A stretch of DNA of 63,331 nucleotides from Candidatus Parcubacteria bacterium (GTDB taxonomy: Bacteria > Patescibacteriota > Minisyncoccia > Phycocordibacterales > UBA918), in the NCBI GenBank assembly GCA_046050355.1, contig JBJOPW010000006.1, forward strand, positions 1 to 63,331. The letters are read 5' to 3'. Positions 61,692 through 63,331 of this stretch are shown one piece after another; the stretch's first letter is position 1; every line of letters begins with the position of its first letter. Below the pieces are notes generated by a model. The model made no database searches, was not told the DNA's origin, and saw only the letters and a program-made list of their open reading frames with translations. A program made the translations under genes and the position numbers.

Positions 61692-63101
61692 ATGGCAACT
61701 GCCAAAAAAGTAGCGAAAAAGGCCAATACATCAAAGAAAAAAGCGGCAAAAGCCGTCAAGCCAACCACAAAGAAAACTGTGAAGAAAGGAGTAACAATGA
61801 CTAAGAAAAAAGTCGCCGCTCCAAAAAAGAAGGTGGTCAAATCAACCAAAAAAGTTGCCACAAAAAAGCCAATCAAGAAAGTCACCAAACCCGCAAAAAA
61901 AGTAGCGGCCAAAAAAGTCGTAGCCAAAAATGTGAAGAAGCCAGCCACTAAAAAAGTAGCTGCCAAAAAGGTAGTAGTCAAAAAAGTCGCTCCGGTCAAA
62001 GTACTTCCCGTCAAAGCGCCAACCAAGAGTGAAAAGATTCTTGAACTCAAAGCGGCTGAACTCATGAAGAGTGGTCGTGAGCGTGGCTACGTCACGTATG
62101 ATGAGCTCCTCCGGTCGTTCCCCGAAATCGAAAAGGACATTATGTTCCTCGATGAACTCTACGAGCGATTTTCTATTGCCGGTATTGATGTGCTCAAAAG
62201 TGGCGGCATGCTTGGAGCGGATCCATCTGAAGAGTTGCTCGCGCAGAAAAATGCCTTTCGTCGTAATGATTCGAGCTACGATTCCATCCAGATGTATCTC
62301 CGTGAAATTGGGCAGTACCCACTTCTCTCAGCGAACGAAGAGCGTACCCTCGCCAAGCGAATCGTCGATGGAGACGAAGAAGCGCGTAATCTCCTCGCGC
62401 GAGCCAACCTCCGCCTCGTGGTCTCAATTGCGAAGAAATATGTCGGACGTAGCCCTGACCTCACGCTTCTCGACCTTATCCAAGAAGGTAATCTTGGTCT
62501 GTTTAAAGCGGTGGATAAATTCGATTTCACGAAAGGCTTCAAATTCTCGACCTACGCCACTTGGTGGATTCGTCAGGCGATTACCCGTGCGCTGGCTGAC
62601 CAGTCACGTACCATCCGTATTCCGGTGCATATGGTAGAAACCATGGCCAAGTACAAGCAGGTAGCGCGCCGCCTTTCGCAAGACCTCGGTCGTGACCCAA
62701 TGCCAGAAGAAATTGCTACCGAAATGGGGGTAGAAGTAGAAAAGATCTACCAGATTGAAAAAATCAGTCAGGATACCATTTCGCTCGAACTCCCGATTGG
62801 TGACGAAGATGATCACTCACGCCTCTCAGACTTTATTGCTGACGATAAAATCATCGCCCCTGATCAGGAGGTGTCACACAGTATTTTGACCGATCAGATT
62901 ACCGAAATCCTCGATACCCTCTCTGAAAAAGAACGGAAGATTCTCGAGATGCGGCATGGACTCCTTGATGGTACGTACCATACGCTTGAAGAAGTAGGGA
63001 AGGAGTTTGGGGTAACTCGTGAACGTATTCGTCAGATTGAAGCGAAGGCCCTTGAAAAAATTCGTTCACACGAAAAGGCTCGGCGCCTCAAATCATACTA
63101 A
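61692..63101 (+). CDS. rpoD: RNA polymerase sigma-70 (primary sigma) with lysine-rich N-terminal tail
   Basis: Region 2 ([37 protein letters not shown]), region 3, and region 4 ([24 protein letters not shown]). About 115 N-terminal residues are KKVA-type repeats. ATG lies 11 nt after TATAGT (61675-61680). Confidence 0.93.
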   Translation: MATAKKVAKKANTSKKKAAKAVKPTTKKTVKKGVTMTKKKVAAPKKKVVKSTKKVATKKPIKKVTKPAKKVAAKKVVAKNVKKPATKKVAAKKVVVKKVAPVKVLPVKAPTKSEKILELKAAELMKSGRERGYVTYDELLRSFPEIEKDIMFLDELYERFSIAGIDVLKSGGMLGADPSEELLAQKNAFRRNDSSYDSIQMYLREIGQYPLLSANEERTLAKRIVDGDEEARNLLARANLRLVVSIAKKYVGRSPDLTLLDLIQEGNLGLFKAVDKFDFTKGFKFSTYATWWIRQAITRALADQSRTIRIPVHMVETMAKYKQVARRLSQDLGRDPMPEEIATEMGVEVEKIYQIEKISQDTISLELPIGDEDDHSRLSDFIADDKIIAPDQEVSHSILTDQITEILDTLSEKERKILEMRHGLLDGTYHTLEEVGKEFGVTRERIRQIEAKALEKIRSHEKARRLKSY

Positions 63102-63285
63102 TCGACCTCCAAAACTAACAAATCTACTTTGTTGCATTGCACTTGTTGACGTTCATCGCACAGAAAGTACGTCTCACATCAACAAATTTATGCTTCGCGT
63201 ATCTTCGCCAGTTTTGAAAGTCTCAGTAAGTGATATAAGGCCTCAATTTGGGCGGGTGATTTCCCTCGTCTTCAGACGATAACTT
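63102..63285 (+). repeat. probable module copy E (after rpoD)
   Basis: ATCTACTTTGTTG (13 nt) is identical to copy A block 1. GTTCATCG recurs 20 nt later. A block 2-like TTTCCCTCGTCTTCAGACG lies near 63260-63279. Confidence 0.45.
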
Positions 63286-63301
63286 CAGTATAATTCTCGT
63301 A

Positions 63302-63331
63302 ATGACCGAAGAATATCGCCGAGCATCACAC
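63302..63331 (+). CDS. possible start of an unidentified gene, 3'-truncated by the window edge
   Basis: ATG 63302 lies 7 nt after TATAAT (63289-63294), the same geometry as other host genes. Only 10 codons are visible. Confidence 0.3.
   Translation, partial: MTEEYRRASH

Noticed and set aside
61568-62065. A 165-aa Phe/Thr/Leu-rich ORF on the - strand that looks like a multi-TM protein.
   Set aside because: It is the reverse-complement reading of the AAA/AAG-rich lysine repeat region of rpoD (AAA read antisense gives TTT = Phe). It is an artefact of the repeat.

Overview
This is a 63.3-kb, gene-dense bacterial window of roughly 50% GC, with most genes on the + strand. It uses the standard genetic code: TGA ends well-defined genes at 4514-4516, 20822-20824 and 28636-28638. 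The gene content points to a reduced, Patescibacteria/CPR-like genome. This is an inference from content, not from any database search. Supporting traits are a split transketolase, PheS, PheT and ThrRS each lacking N-terminal domains, a short SMC with no visible hinge, a NusB-Nudix fusion, type IV pilins, a sortase, and many secreted or anchored low-complexity proteins. Housekeeping genes recognised: gap, rpiB, rpe, tkt (two pieces), rpmE, prfA, rpsB, tsf, tRNA-Thr(UGU), pheS, pheT, gyrB, thrS, dnaE, rnhB, rpmF, nusB, rnc, smc, rnr, rpsP, trmD, rpoB, rpoC, dnaG and rpoD. I saw no rRNA gene and no CRISPR array. Nine loci deserve a second look. (1) A five-gene surface-protein operon (1-6078) has an architecture resembling Firmicute csc/WxL clusters. 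(2) A GIY-YIG ORF sits exactly between pheS and pheT, bracketed by a 15-bp inverted repeat. The repeat core CCGTTAGA/TCTAACGG recurs as inverted pairs at two other intergenic sites and as a half-site next to -35 boxes. (3) A family of stem-closed intergenic modules with two conserved blocks occurs in at least four clear and three weaker copies. Most copies start at the stop codon of a + strand gene. (4) Locus 38088-38470 is ambiguous. It looks partly like tmRNA and partly like a complete small-gene cassette. (5) Host genes mostly have a TATACT-like -10 box 4-11 nt before the ATG and no Shine-Dalgarno (SD) sequence, whereas about eight small, GC-richer ORFs carry canonical SD sequences. (6) A TrpR/YerC-like gene is flanked by three copies of a 26-bp palindrome. 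(7) The rpoD N-terminus is a lysine-rich tail of about 115 aa. (8) A G-quadruplex/pentanucleotide repeat encodes a poly-Gly C-terminus. (9) An orphan promoter-terminator unit lies upstream of rpoB. All functional calls rest on motif recognition by eye. No searches were run.
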